The notes: generated from the sequence alone by a model not told the origin. DNA of 63,808 nt, filler included, from Nemertoderma westbladi (GCA_032718475.1; 3 parts of 3 records of this genome joined end to end with filler, not necessarily neighbours in it); one strand, 5' to 3'; positions 1-13,540 are shown, counted from the whole stretch's first letter. Translations and numbers: made by a program.

Positions 1-2371
1 GCTATTAACTAATAAATCTTCAATAGTTAGGCTAACCAACTGATACAATGCTATACTATATATACTATATAGGCTGGGGCTGGTAAGCTGAATGCAAATG
101 GGTATTAGCCAATCAGAGCTATTCTGCATGGCCCTTGCCGTATAACATAATAATTCCCTGGCAGAAGTAAATTAACAATATGGGGCGAGCCTGCAAGGTA
201 AATGCCATACACTAGTGGCATTAACAGGAACAATTATCAAGTAATTGTGCAATGTATGATAATGGGGCTGTTACATACTTTCCTAAAGGAAAGCTCCGAA
301 TTTGTTAATTAAGCATTCATACCTGCCTGCTAATGACATTCAACTCATTCCATTTAACCTGATCTCATCTTATACTGTACATATAGAACCCCAGGTGTAC
401 TTGGGCTACATAGTAGTGAAACCTAGATGCCGGCCTATCTTTGATGAGGGGTTATAAGGTATAACCAAATTACCCGAACAGTGGGATGCTGGCAATGGGA
501 CTGGTAGATGTTTGTTAAGAGTGTTTCTTTAGTACGGTATGTATCCAATTTCCTACAATTAATACTAACTAATCAAACAAACCACGTTCAAAACTGATTT
601 GATGTGATTAAAACTTGCTTTACTTAGTAATTTTACATTGCTATCGTTAGTTTGTTATAAACAGTTATTAGGAAAACACAGCCACTGTTAAGATATAGGC
701 TTATTTTACAGTAATGGCAGCCTTAACCTCATTCAGGGTGTCATGTAACCAACCATAACTAACCCTAATGTATATATACTATGAAATATAGAGAAAATTC
801 TGACAATATTGTGATATGCCATAAGGCACTTAGGTCTATGCGTGCTATGGGTAGTCCAGCCTCTAAACAAATTAAAGGCGTATTAAAGAAATCTGTGTCC
901 TAAATATATCAGTTATATATAAATAAAAATAAAATATAAATAAATATTATTTTTTATATAAAGTTTATACATAAGCAAATTAATATAACATTTTAATTCC
1001 ACTAATTTAATGGTATGAAAATATAGATATTTGAGATCTAATGAAATAAGTTTTATAACACATTTTATAAATTGTACTGTACATAGTTACATCTTTATCG
1101 TTGAGTCGGTGTATGTGTAATTACGTTATAAGCTACCGGTACACGATTTAGGCGTATTTCCCTTTGTAATCGTGTACATGTACAATACATAAATACATTG
1201 TTTGATGTATTGTTTTTCGTTTTACATAATGTATAAACTAGAAAGCCAGCAAGCTGGCTGCAAGGAGCCCGGGGGAAGAATTCTAACCAAGACTATTACA
1301 AATGAACTGTGTCAGTCAGCAGTACAGTATGTAAACTAAACAATTCTCTAAACTGTAAGGCAGGCATGAGGTTAGCTTACTTTGTGGCTCGTCCCACATA
1401 ACAAAAAAATGAAACTTTGCTCCCACTAACGGAAATATAATATGAAGCAAATAATTTCATTTACAAGATATAAGATTACCAAATATTTATAAAAAATGCC
1501 CATGATGCTCAACCAGATAAATAACAACGAATAGAGCCAAATAATAAATTTAGTTTCCTTCTAAATGTATTACCCGTCAGCTGAATCTCTCTTCCCAGTG
1601 AATCCTATGTGAATATCTACAAGGTTACTCACTGCTAAGTTAGGTGGTAGGCCAGCTGATTGAATTATAACAACATGGTCGTTTAAATGTTAGGTTCACT
1701 AATGGCATTTAGGGGCTGGGATTACTCTCTCAAACTGTAAACAAAGCTGTTCAATGGGGAGTGAACCAACTACACTACGTTTGTCTATGGGCGGTCTTCT
1801 TATAGCCAGCTTGATGGCTTTTCTACTTAATTAATATGGCTGCCTTTGATGTATTCTAATGGGTCAGGTCGGCCCACCAATAATAATCCTAAAGCCAACT
1901 CTCTATGTATTATTTTGCTACAGCTGTCAATGAATGTCTAAATACATATAATTGCGCGACAAAATAATGTCGAAAAACGAAATATGTCGAATACCACACA
2001 TAGAATCGGTCTGAAATTTTGTAACGCGATTATGAACCACAAAAGCAATGTACTTGCAAAATTTCATAAAAAACACCAGGCAGGAAGTGCCTGAACCTGG
2101 ATTATGATCAGTGTGTGAATCAGTCAGTCAAGTCAGTCAGTGTTAGATGACCTGGGATTTTACAGTAAGTATCCCGCTGTCAAACGAGCTCCCGGGCTCC
2201 TAATTAAGCCAACTATAAAGCTTTGTATTTTATTATTTAGTCCTGGATAGGGCTTCATTTAATTTTCATAGGAAGATGGTTTATTTGTTTCATTTGGTTA
2301 CATTATATTACACACCCAACCAATTAGTCTTTTATATACCATGAACTGTAGTACATAATAATTAAACATAC

Positions 2372-2610
2372 CTTGAACTATATACAATGGTGCCATTCGG
2401 CCAAAGCCAAAACAGGTTGTTGTCAGTCATAACATCATGTAGCTTGCTGGATTTGGAACCAGGGAAGTAACAATTGGAGATCCACAGCTGCGCTGCTGTC
2501 CGCGGAGTGAGTGTGAATGGCCGTTCTGGATCCCCATAGTCTTTGGATACGTTGTAAGACAACCGTTCATCCACCCAATACTGACGAATAGAGAAATCAG
2601 CCCGAAAATC
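2372..2610 (-). CDS. Cys-loop ligand-gated ion channel subunit, exon 4 (gene continues beyond the left edge)
   Basis: ttcttag|DFRADFSIRQYWVDERLSYN...QLWISNCYFPGSKSSKLHDVMTDNNLFWLWPNGTIVYSS-AG|gtatgt. RQxWxDxRL, HxVxxxN and PNGxVxYSxR motifs are typical of anion-type Cys-loop receptors. Confidence 0.92.
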
Positions 2611-3848
2611 CTAAGAAGTATAATGGGCGAAGATAAAAATCACTTTCTAAATAACAATTTATTTATTCATTCTATTTTAAAACCGTTTTAAAATTTTATA
2701 CATATTAATTACCTTGGGGGCCTTTCAGATGAAAATGGCACATTCAATGGAACGCCTATCAAACAATCGTACTAGCCCTCATGTTACGTTTTAACAAATA
2801 ACTAACTTGAGTTTGAGAAAAGATATTACATATGGACCAACATATGTGCGCCCCGACCACCCCCCCACACCCCGCACCCCCAAGAATTTAAATACCAAAG
2901 TTTGCTCTTTCAATTTTATCGAATAAATGTAACAACAGTTCGATTCAGAGCCAAGGGCAAAGGCTTAAGAGTTAAGGGCAAACGAATAGTTTTACAAAAT
3001 AACTATGTTGACTATAAGGACATATAAACCAACTGATCCCATTAGTTTATAGTGATATGGAAAAGTTCAGGCTCCTGAACAAGTTTAACCTTTAGGTTTT
3101 GAGAATTTTGAATAATATGGTGCCTTCTGGAATGAAATATTGCTTCCTCATTTAGTAACGATATTGAATAGTATGTTTATTAAATTATAATCATTAAATT
3201 ATTTAATTTATTTAACAAATGTAAATAATATTTGATAAATATGAATTTTTCCTTTTTAATAATAGCCATGGTTTCATGTAGAACCCTGAAATATTAATTT
3301 CATTGCTGACTGCACACTATAGCAATTCATACTTATAGTTTAGGTCATGGGTCATGTTGTTATTAATATGTTTGTTAGGTTTGTTTTATTTTTATTCTAA
3401 ATCTAAGGATGGATTTTAAATTATTTAAATCATCGCGAATCATTTTATTCATTATGATTTGTTGTGATTTTGATGCAAAAGTCATTACCCAAATTTCAAT
3501 CACAACAGGCACTTATGATAAAATACTATAATTTGTTGATAAGGATATAATTGATAAATATATGGATCAATGGCAACCTATGAGTAGCACAATAAGCTAC
3601 AACATGTTGGTTTTTTAAGGTTTAATCATATCAATGTCATTAAAATAAATGTCAACATCTGACAAATTTAATGTTTAACTAAACAGCTGGTCTGCCAACA
3701 TATATAGTACAGTGCTATTTGTACTAGCTTACACACTGTACTAGGTTACACACAAGCTGGGATTTTTATCATAGGTTGTGGTATTTTGTTTACTTTATTT
3801 TAGTTTATTCGTTTACCCGCATTCTGGCAGTAGTAAGTACCCTCAGTA

Positions 3849-4390
3849 CGGAAGCCCATAACGGCCATGTCGCGCGCAAACTTCCATGTCAAGCGCGCAA
3901 ACTTTATGCCATTTCCGTGTAGAAACATTTGCGCACGCGACATGGAAGTTTGCGCGCGCGTCATGATAGTTTGCGCGCGCGACATGGAAGTTTGTGCGCG
4001 CAACATGGAAGTTTGCGCGCGCGCATGTAAGTTTGCGCGCGCGACATGTAAGTTTGCGCGTGCGACATGGAAGTTTGCGCGCGCAACATGGAAGTTTGCG
4101 CGCGCAACTAGTTGCGCGCAAACTTCCATGTCGTGCGCGCAAACTTCCATGTCGCGCGCGCAAACTTCCATGTCGTGCGCGCAAACTTCCATGTCGTGTG
4201 CGCAAACTTCCATGTCGCGCGCGCAAACTTCCATGTCGTGCGCACCAACGTCCATGTCGCGCACGCAAACTTCCATGTCGCGCGCGCAAGCTTTCATGTC
4301 GCGCGCGCAAATGTTTCTACACTGAAATGGCATAACGTTTGTGCGCTTGACATGGAAGTTTGCACGCGACATGGCCGATATGGGCTTCCG
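3849..4390. mobile_element. Foldback/MITE, Tc1/mariner-like, with internal 21-bp repeats
   Basis: TA|CGGAAGCCCATA...TATGGGCTTCCG|TA. The element is a spacerless palindrome with its axis in AACTAGTT at 4109/4110; arms are built from ~21-bp GCGCGCGACATGGAAGTTTGC units. Confidence 0.85.
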
Positions 4391-5267
4391 TACCTCACAC
4401 ACGAAGCAGGCATTCACATGTAAAATATAGGAATGTAGTGTACCACTTGTATAGTAACCCGAGACAGTTTATCTGTGTTGAATGATAAGATTAATCAGCT
4501 GTGATTTTTACATTACTTGGGATGCGAATAATCCCAAAGATTTATAAATTTACTTTTCGAATAATTTCCAATGGAACATAAGCGAGAAATTGGCTTAGAG
4601 GTGCGAATTAAATTAAGTTCATCCATTTTTAATTATGGAGACAATTGTAGTTTACAACATTATGTAAAAACACCTGCTTTAATTGCGACAATGAAATAAA
4701 ATCAAAAGGTAACATTATTAATACATAGTTCACTTTCTTGTGCGCGTAACAACGTATATTCTATCTAAATACAAAATATCACAAAAAAATCAAGTCCATT
4801 AGTAAACACAATGGCCTTTACGCTCATAACAATGCATGGTACTAATCCTTCAAAACATTAGCAAAAAATAACTTAAAGGAACGCAATTCGAATTGCGCGT
4901 TTAACAATGTTGCTTTTAAATTCACTTGAACCACAACGGCTGTGAGGAGGAGCGCAATTGCTTCTGTCACAGTATCACGACTATGAAATTCGAATTTCAG
5001 CTACTAACCAGTGACCAGTCGCTTTTCAACAGCTCCACAGTTGCAAATGTTATTACATTTGGTATATATATTAGTCGCAGTGAATATATTTGCAATAAAC
5101 AATAATTTTTTTTTTTTTGATATTAACACCCCGAGCGGGGTAACAGGTTATGTTTTATTTAATTAACTATTAGTATTATACAGTGTACTTTAAAATACGA
5201 AATTAAAATAATTTAAAATATAATAGGTAAAAAATAATACTAAAAGGGGGATAATCCGAAGACAGAA

Positions 5268-8066
5268 CTAGAGGCTTCCTAGAAGGGATAGGTGAGGGCT
5301 ACTCGCACATCTAATAGCATGGAGCCGGTTGGAAGCAGGACCGCCGCCGTAGATACAGGTGCAGGCATCCCCAAGTTCGTGAAAGGGGGTTTTATTTTGG
5401 CATATTTTCCAATGGAAACCATGGACAGTTACTCGAGTTATGAGGTGTCGATTCTTTTGGCCGGGAGAGCGCCACTGTGATGTTGTAAATGCAGGGCCTT
5501 CGGAATAATTTTCTGCAACAAATAAGCTTTCTTTTGTCTGGCGATGTAGTCGATATTGTTCTAGAACAGTAGGTTCAAACATTGAAGGATAACGCAGTGA
5601 CAAATCTTCTATGTATGTGTTCGTTGGAATCATTTTCAGGGCCACGGTGCAAGATGCATTTTTTGGCAAACCAAGAAGACGTTTCACATAAGTTGATTTG
5701 ATGATATCAATTTGTTTAAGGTTCGCGAGAGTAAAGAATTTGGCGATCTCTGTGAAGGCATAATTAACCATAGGGTCTATTTTCATTTGGAAGATAGTTA
5801 GACCAGTGTTAATAGAAACAGGGTGAAGATCTTTTAGGCATCCTATTGCTGAGAAAGCTTTCCTTTTCTTCTGGTTTATGTGTCGTGAGAATGATAACGA
5901 TGGTTGTAGGGTGACCCCTAGGTACTCGTATTCGTTGCATAACGGTACTTGGACGCCGTTGTAGTAGAATATATCTGCCCTGGATGTTCGACCGCCTTTC
6001 CTAAATTTAATTATTTTAGTTTTCCCCATATTTAATTCCATCGAGTTTTTAATGGACCATTTGTAGAGTTCGTTTAGTGCGTTTTGGATATCACTGTTCT
6101 TTAGCGAGTATATAACCAGGTCGTCAGCAAAAAATATGAATCTTATGGTAGAAGCAATTTGTTGAAGAACTTGTGCCAGGTCCGCAATAAACATCAGGAA
6201 GCAAGTAGGTGACAAAGAATCCCCTTGCAAAATACCCCGAAGTTGAACAATTACATTAGAAAATTTGACACCGTCAAAGACTTTCACAGAGTTTTTCAAG
6301 AGGGCCTTTATTAGATTGAGTGTTTTTCCTTTGATGCCAAAGTTTTTGTAGATTTTATACACTAGAATAGTTCTGTTTACCATATCAAAGGCTTTTCTGA
6401 AGTCTATAAATAGGACAAATATTATTCTCTGTGAGTTGTGTGACCTCGGGGCTTTGATTGTTGCAGATATATCCGATAGTAGAAGCTTTATAGCGTGTAT
6501 GGTCGACCTTCCCTGTCGGAACCCGAACTGCATAGCTGGGAGTAGACCTTCTATATGTGCGATAACTCGTCTGTTGATAACCTTTGTGAGGATTTTGAGA
6601 AAAACACTAATGAGAGCTATTCCTCGATAGTTGTCCGGGACTGATTTGCTTCCCTTTCCTTTATATAGTAGTTTAATTATACTAATTGCCCAACTTATTG
6701 GAATTTTTCCGACGTTCAAACATGCGTTGAAGAGGATCACTAGTATGTGGAGAATTAGTGGAAGTGATGCTTTCACGTGCTCGTAATATATTCTATCGGG
6801 CCCGCATGCCTTGTGGTTCGAAGTGCAGTTAACAGCTTCGGAGATTTCCGCCTCAGTAATTGGTTTATTGTACCAGGCATCATCCTCTTTCTCGGCGTCA
6901 GTTACTTCCGGGGTTTCATCAATTCCTTCGGGGTTTGATTCCGTACCAATCAACTTCCTAAAGTGCTCCTCAAGCGTAAGACTGTCTATCGTGGCTGGGG
7001 AGTTATGGCTCTCTCCCTTGAGCAGTATCCACGGCGTGATTTCGGATTGTGCGAGTTTTTCTAATAGCTTGCTTTCTTCGTACTGAACCTTCTTACGTCA
7101 CAAGAGATCTTTATATTTCCTCCTGGCGATAAAGTAATTTTTTCGATCTGCTTCTGACCTGTTCGTTTGGTTTAGTTTGTTCAGTATTTGTTCTTTTGCA
7201 CAGCGACATTCGATGTCGAACCACGCTTTTCCATGGCGGTCAGTTAACTTTGGTTTGCAAGCAGCTCTTTCAAACAGTTTGGTTAGTTCATCTGTCGCCT
7301 CATCGATAGATACTTCCTCTAGAAGAGATTGTATCTCGGACTCGTCGATCAGTTGTTCTAGTAAACCTAGGTTTACTTTCCTGCTTAGTGGGTTCTCCGG
7401 TTTCTGGGGTTGAATAAGAGAGCAGTCCACAAAATCAATTTCTGTAGAAACACGTAGGTGTTTTCGCAGTGGATTCGCTGTGGTGGAGACATCTGAAACA
7501 TTAATTCCTGAGTTTTGTGGGCATCTCATCAACAGCAGATCTATTGTGCTCCGTCCCTGAGGCGATATGTAAGTATGTTGCTCTGGTTTGTTAAGGAGGG
7601 CAAAGCCCAGCGTCTTAAGTCCTTCTGTTAAGTCTTTCCCCCGAGTTCCTGAGTCTAAACGGCAGTTGAAATCTCCTCCGATAATAATTGTAGAATTTGG
7701 ATCAGTATAGCTTAGCGCCTCGTTTATGGTGAGTAGATTCTCCTCCACAGGGGTGTCGGGTTTGGAATAGAATAGGAGTACGATAGCAGGGGTTGTTTTA
7801 AGTACCATGTACGTAGATGTCGATTTAATAAGTGATGGTGACAAATCAGGTTTGGATAATATCATTAGACCACCAACTGGGCGGCCATGCGCTGGCTTTG
7901 TGGCCAGTTGGATAAAGGCATAGTGGCTCTCTATGGATACCAGATTCTGGTTCCAACATAGAGTTTCAGTTAGTAGAATGAGATCAGATTTTTCAATTAT
8001 TTCCTCTGCCGGTATATGATTTTGAATGTATTCATATCCTTCAATGTTCCACAGTGAAAGTTTCAC
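5268..8066 (-). pseudogene. LINE ORF2 (APE endonuclease-reverse transcriptase) with one in-frame stop
   Basis: Endonuclease motifs WNIEG, LTET, GDFN, STIDL in 7098-8066; RT motifs YRGIAL, QFGFR, FIDFRKAFD, LQGDSLSP, FADD, YLGV in 5268-6953. Both ORFs are in the same frame, separated only by TGA at 7098-7100. Confidence 0.9.
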
Positions 8067-8078
8067 TTTTGTAGATAG

Positions 8079-8363
8079 TCAATCGGAAGTTGTGTGTGTT
8101 GTACCGGTACCATTATTATAATGCTCCGATCCTGAAGGCGGTCGCTGTCGTGGTCGGAGTCCAAATTCTGCTCGCTCCGCGCTGGAAAATATGTAGTTTT
8201 TAACTGATATGCCTTCTTCCCACAAATCAGGGTTCATGATATTCTCTCGGTCAGACTGGTCACACACTATGTGAAATGCACGGTGCCGTGATTCTGGGTG
8301 GGTTGGTAGACCGCGAATCTTTACGAACGGGATTTCTTCGCTTTCGAGGAAAGATATGACCAC
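8079..8363 (-). pseudogene. LINE ORF1 C-terminal remnant
   Basis: Ends 13 nt upstream of ORF2; the PDLWEEGISV segment resembles the PxxWPxGxxV motif seen in CR1/L2-group ORF1 proteins. Confidence 0.6.
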
Positions 8364-9334
8364 GAAGATATGGGCTTGGCGGGGGATTGCAGTTGGCGGT
8401 GCACGGTTTGTTGTGGCAGCTCTAATTGGGCCGCCTACTCTGGTTCCGTGGACGCGGGACGGTTGACGTGTGAATCAGTTCGAGGTTGGTTCAGTTGCAA
8501 ATGTTATTACATTTGGTATATATATTAGTCGCAGTGAATATATTTGCAATAAACAATAATAACAATCAATATTTACATATATACAGCACCGCACAATCGG
8601 CACAGCACAGATCGGCTAAGTACCACCATATTGGGCCTACATTCCCGCCCTAGCGACCAGTCCTACCGATCGCCTAGCGACCAGTCCAGTCTCTACCAGT
8701 TCTAGCGACCGCCATAACCATATATTATTATTATGGTCTATTCGTAAATTATTAAATGCTAATAAAATGTATTATGAAAAAATGTATATATTTAGGAAAA
8801 TTGGTCTTTAATATTGATCATATTTTGGCTATCTATATTACATAGCATCTTTATCAAATCTCAAACCAAATTTTACTGACAATACAGAAAGAGTTCTGAA
8901 TAGAGAAAGTAATCATCCGGAGTGACATAGATTCCTCAAATTACTCCCCCACTCTAATCAATAATAAGGCGATAACAATCGAGTAATCACCATTAGTTAA
9001 TAAGAAACACACAATGTAACGCTAATTCATAACATTCTAACTGAATTTGGTGTCATCGGCCTAAGTGTTCAGCAGTTAATTAATCTACCGCCTATGATTA
9101 TTACCATATACCATCCTGTATGCCGATCTACTTTTGTTTTATCATCTGAACATAATCAAGTAAGACTACCTCCATGGACCATGTTTTCATGTAACCAGAA
9201 TTACATATAAATTTAGGTAAAGTAATTAATTACCCATTGTTAGTAACCAATAAGTTTCAACAATAATAGCTGGTTAGCAATTACTATTAAATATCGAATT
9301 CGAAAATAATTAGCAAAAATTATCTATAACTATT

Positions 9335-11255
9335 TACATCATTGTGTGCAAAGTAGCACTTTGCAGCGTTATGACCCGAGTTTATTTATGTACCGAGCGC
9401 GCGCAGCGAGGAAGGTTTACATAAATAAACAAGGGTCTATAACGCTGAAAAGTGACCTTTGCAAGCAACGATGTATGTAATTTTGTTAAATTATGTCAAC
9501 TTGTCAGCGTTCGGTATTTGAATAAAGGATTTTATGTGTGATTTGAACATTTTAATCATGTTATAATTTTGAATATAATTTATTAACAGTTAAATATTTA
9601 ATATATTTATTATAATTATATATATATATATAATAATAAAACATAGCATTCAGCACACAGTATAATTAAACATATATATTATATAATTAAAGTTTAATGT
9701 TGCGTTGTCCCCTGTATTGAATGTGATAAATCGTTGAATTTGATCCATATTTTCCTTGGTTGCCGGACCCAAACTGAGTCATTGTGTGTGTTCGTTCAGT
9801 ATTGCTGAACACAGTCGCCATTCTCTTTGCTCCCACGGAACTGTGTTCAATGTAGCGTTGAGATGTAGATTCAGATTGCCAACCGAATGGCGCATGAGTT
9901 CCTTCGAACTAGCTCCCTTATCTACAGCTAGAGTGGCACTTGTGCGGCGAACGCAATGGCCAGAATACGTTGTGGGGTCTTTCAGAACAAGGAAATTTGC
10001 AATATCGACACCAATTTTGTAAAGTAAAGGTAATTTTGTTTAGGCTTGCCCATTGGTAGATTGACATAGCGAGTGCTGCCAGCATCTTTGTTAATTGGCA
10101 CGCTCTTAAACAGTGGACTGTTTTACTTTTCCGGGAATGGAAGCTTCAAGGGCAACCAAATAGATAACGATATGATTGGCCATTGGATTGGGTACAAGAA
10201 ACGTGGATGACTTAGCCTCACCTTGCTGCTTCGTACGAATGACTGTGATCCAAGCGCCATCTTCCTTCATCACAACATCGTTAACATTCACATCCCTTAC
10301 CTCTGCACATCGTAAGCCACCACACAGGGCAACAACAGTAATACATTTGCGAAGAACCTTTGCTAGAAGCTTTGCGAAAAGTGTTGGAGTACTGTTTTGT
10401 AAAAAGCGTTCATCTCATCCATTGTGAAGAGATTGGAGGATTTTCGAGTGTAAGAATTGTTGTAGGTTTTTAACAACATGGTGATGCGTGGCCACTTTTG
10501 TAGTTTTCACAGAATTTTCTTTGGTGGCAAGCATTAAGCATACTATATGTCGTCGTCCATATATTCGAAGATTTAATATTTAATTTCGAAATACTGCAAG
10601 TAATTGCTTTCATCAGGTGTTTCAGTTTCCGCGAAATTGCTCCTTGCTTTACTGGTGGAAGGTGCACTCTAAGCTAAAATCTCTTCTATTGAGCGTTTCG
10701 ACATAATGCCCAATACAGTTGGCCGGTATTACTGTGATAGCTATCTCCATTTTTTGTAATTCTTAAAATATGTTTAATAACTATGGTTTTTATTCTAGAA
10801 CATTTTAATAAACGTGTTCGTTATTATTTTCATAATGACTGACCGTAACATTATCCAAATTGCATCTTTATTGGCAACAGAAGAGATCACTATTACTTTT
10901 GCTCAATCGGTTGGATTTCTACCTACTGGTACTGACATTCAACCATGTATGGTCACTAACTGTGATTTCAATGCACATGTCATAATATAATATTGTTAAT
11001 ATCAATAAAAAAAAATAATAATAAAAAATAAAAAAATTAATTTCATTTAATTTTATTTGTTATCATAATATTGTTCTAGAACATAATAATATTGTCAATA
11101 AAAACGATTAAAAAATTTCAAAAATGGAGATAGCTATCACAGTAATACCCGGCGTTCCGGCCTATAGGCCGCAACGCTGCAAAGTAGTACTTTGCAGCGT
11201 TCCAAGGAATTCACCAGAATGCTGTTAAGTTGACATAATGTAACGAAAATAATTT
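9335..11255 (-). mobile_element. Crypton-like tyrosine-recombinase transposon relic
   Basis: Frameshifted minus-strand coding at ~9700-10710 with catalytic motifs CGGLRCAE (R), YSGHCVRRTSAT (HxxR) and a downstream W...RY box. Terminal hairpin 9335-9475; inverted repeats ~9478-9510 vs ~11217-11255. No RT found. Confidence 0.75.
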
Positions 11256-11559
11256 ATTATGTTCCCATTTCATGCTAATCACAAAACACATTCTTCAATG
11301 TGTAGTCTACATATTCTATCGTTCTTCTTATTACAACCATCCTTGATATTATATGTCCTGGAATATAGTGTCATTATACTGGTACATGCCCCCCTCCCCC
11401 GCCCCCCCCCCCAAAAAAAAAAATAGGTTTTCTACAAATCGTACGAGATTGCATGAAATTTTAAATAGATTTCATTTTTTAGCTACAAACGTTTAGAGAA
11501 TGTGTCTCCGGCGATATTGCACCAGTCGTACAGCAGTTATTCCTAAGGCTTATAACGAT

Positions 11560-12400
11560 TCGTTGATACTGATGGAAGTCTTACCATACATACAAGGATT
11601 CCAAATATGTAACACAATCTGCATTTCGTCGATAGATATAAGCGGTCGAAAGCTGCATGGTGTTGCACCTGCGCAAGGCAATTTTATTCTATTTAATAAA
11701 TTATTGTACGTGACACACTGAACCCGACGTAGCATTCTTGTGAATCTGCAATCCAGAGATTTACCTTTGAGCCCAGCATGGACTCCTGGAATACTGGTAC
11801 TACTGCTACTCTAAATAATAGGACATTAAGTTTCCGACGTATTGTGTGTGACTTCCAAATCCAGGAAAACCCATTCAATGCTGACTATGATTTCCCCTTT
11901 TTTGTATTCGAAGGTTCTCCCTCACCTGGCTTCCGGATCTTTGATGCCATTCTTTGAGTTTATGTTCATACGATCAGACATTTCCTGAGGACTTTCGAAG
12001 TTAACTGTCACAATTTTGGTCTTGTAGGAGTTAACAAAAAGACCAACACTAGAAGCAGCATGTTCTAATGAGATGAAGAGCCGTTGGGCTCTCTCTAGTG
12101 ATTCAGAGTACTCATGAGTCATCAGCAAAGTTTAGATAAGTTAAGTACTTCGAATGGTTCTGTGTCACCGTCAACAGTAGACACTAATATCATCGAACCA
12201 TCGTTTTCTGATCTGATTGCTGAAATAATTTCATCAGGAATCCCATATAATGAAAGTATGCTAAACATACGTTCGCGAGAGACTGAATCAAAGGCCTTGA
12301 ATAAGTCAACAAAGATAACAGCCAGATTCTGTCTTTCTTTCTTGATAACTCTTCAATTATCACAATTAATTTTTTTATCACTGCAATTAATAATTTTTGA
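11560..12400 (-). mobile_element. Degenerate RTE-clade LINE fragment
   Basis: ESLERAQRLFISLEHAASSVGLFVNSYKTK and LFRVAVVPV are near-identical to the copy at 15344-16336; many frameshifts. Confidence 0.8.
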
Positions 12401-13540
12401 ACTAAATCTCTTCCACTAAAATTATTCATTCATAACTATACTTTATTGGCATTGGGATTCGAAGTAACGGTACATATTTTATTGGTTATAAAATCTCACC
12501 TCTGTAATCTTATCCTTCCCCCCCCAATTGGTAACAACATTGTTTATTGATTTGGTTAAAAATACAACTTCTGTAACCTGTTCCTTTACCCCAATTGTTA
12601 ACAACATCGTTTGTTGTTTGGTTGGCTAATAACGAGATGAGAGAAGGCTCTTTCACTTTCAGATATTTCGACCTCTAGCTGCAAATACTGTAGAAGTGTA
12701 TATGGTGTACCGTCCCACAAAGAAGCATCGAGTTTTCTAGTACATATAGGCCTATGCCAAGTTTCAGCTTAAACTGATTAAAATCAAGGAAATCCGTGGA
12801 AGGTTTTTACTATCAGACATTTGGCCCTTTAGAACTGCGAACCGAACATCATTACTTTCTTCACAAAGATGCAACATGTGGTATTGTACATATATTCCAA
12901 GATTCAGCTTAAATAGATTAGAATCAAGGAAATGGGGAAGGTTATCACTTTCATTCATTTCGCCCTCTAGCGATAGATTGGAGAACTGCGGACCGATTAC
13001 GGACACCACAAAGTCACAGGATGTGTTCTACCACATATCTGACAACTTTCAGCTTGAATGGATCAAAATAACGGAATGGGTCAAGGATTTCACTTTCACA
13101 AATTTCGCCCTCTAGCGGCGGACTGGAGAACTGCAGGCGGATAAGCTTCCTTTGAATGACACAGTTAATAGGGTAGTACAAATCTGCCAAGTTTAAGCAA
13201 TTAATGTTTCGACATGTAGCCCTCCAGAGGGAGACTGCTGAACTGATAGAGTCTGGATCACTGAATGTCTCACAAAAATCTCAACAAATAAATTTTCAAC
13301 TCGAAGATTTTAAATCCTACAAAGTAATTTTAGCATGACAAAATGGCAACGAAGAAGACAACGTCAACCTTTTGCCATTATACTATTTCCCAGAACACAA
13401 GTTTTATCATTTTAATCCAACCACAGTTTACTATACTTTCAAATTTGTAGGCTATTTATTATGTTTTCAATATGAGTTATTATTTTTTTTTGGATAAAAT
13501 GTATATATGCTAAATATATAAACTCAAATGATGGACTCAC

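Larger units (their letters stand above)
5107..8491 (-). mobile_element. Non-LTR retrotransposon (APE endonuclease + RT LINE), 5'-truncated within ORF1
   Basis: Poly(A) tail seen as the T-run at 5107-5118; ORF1 remnant plus ORF2; flanked by a 69-bp direct repeat (5038-5106 = 8492-8560). Confidence 0.92.

Noticed and set aside
3800-4423. Repetitive ORFs such as CARDMEV repeats
   Set aside because: Translations of the 21-bp palindromic array on both strands.
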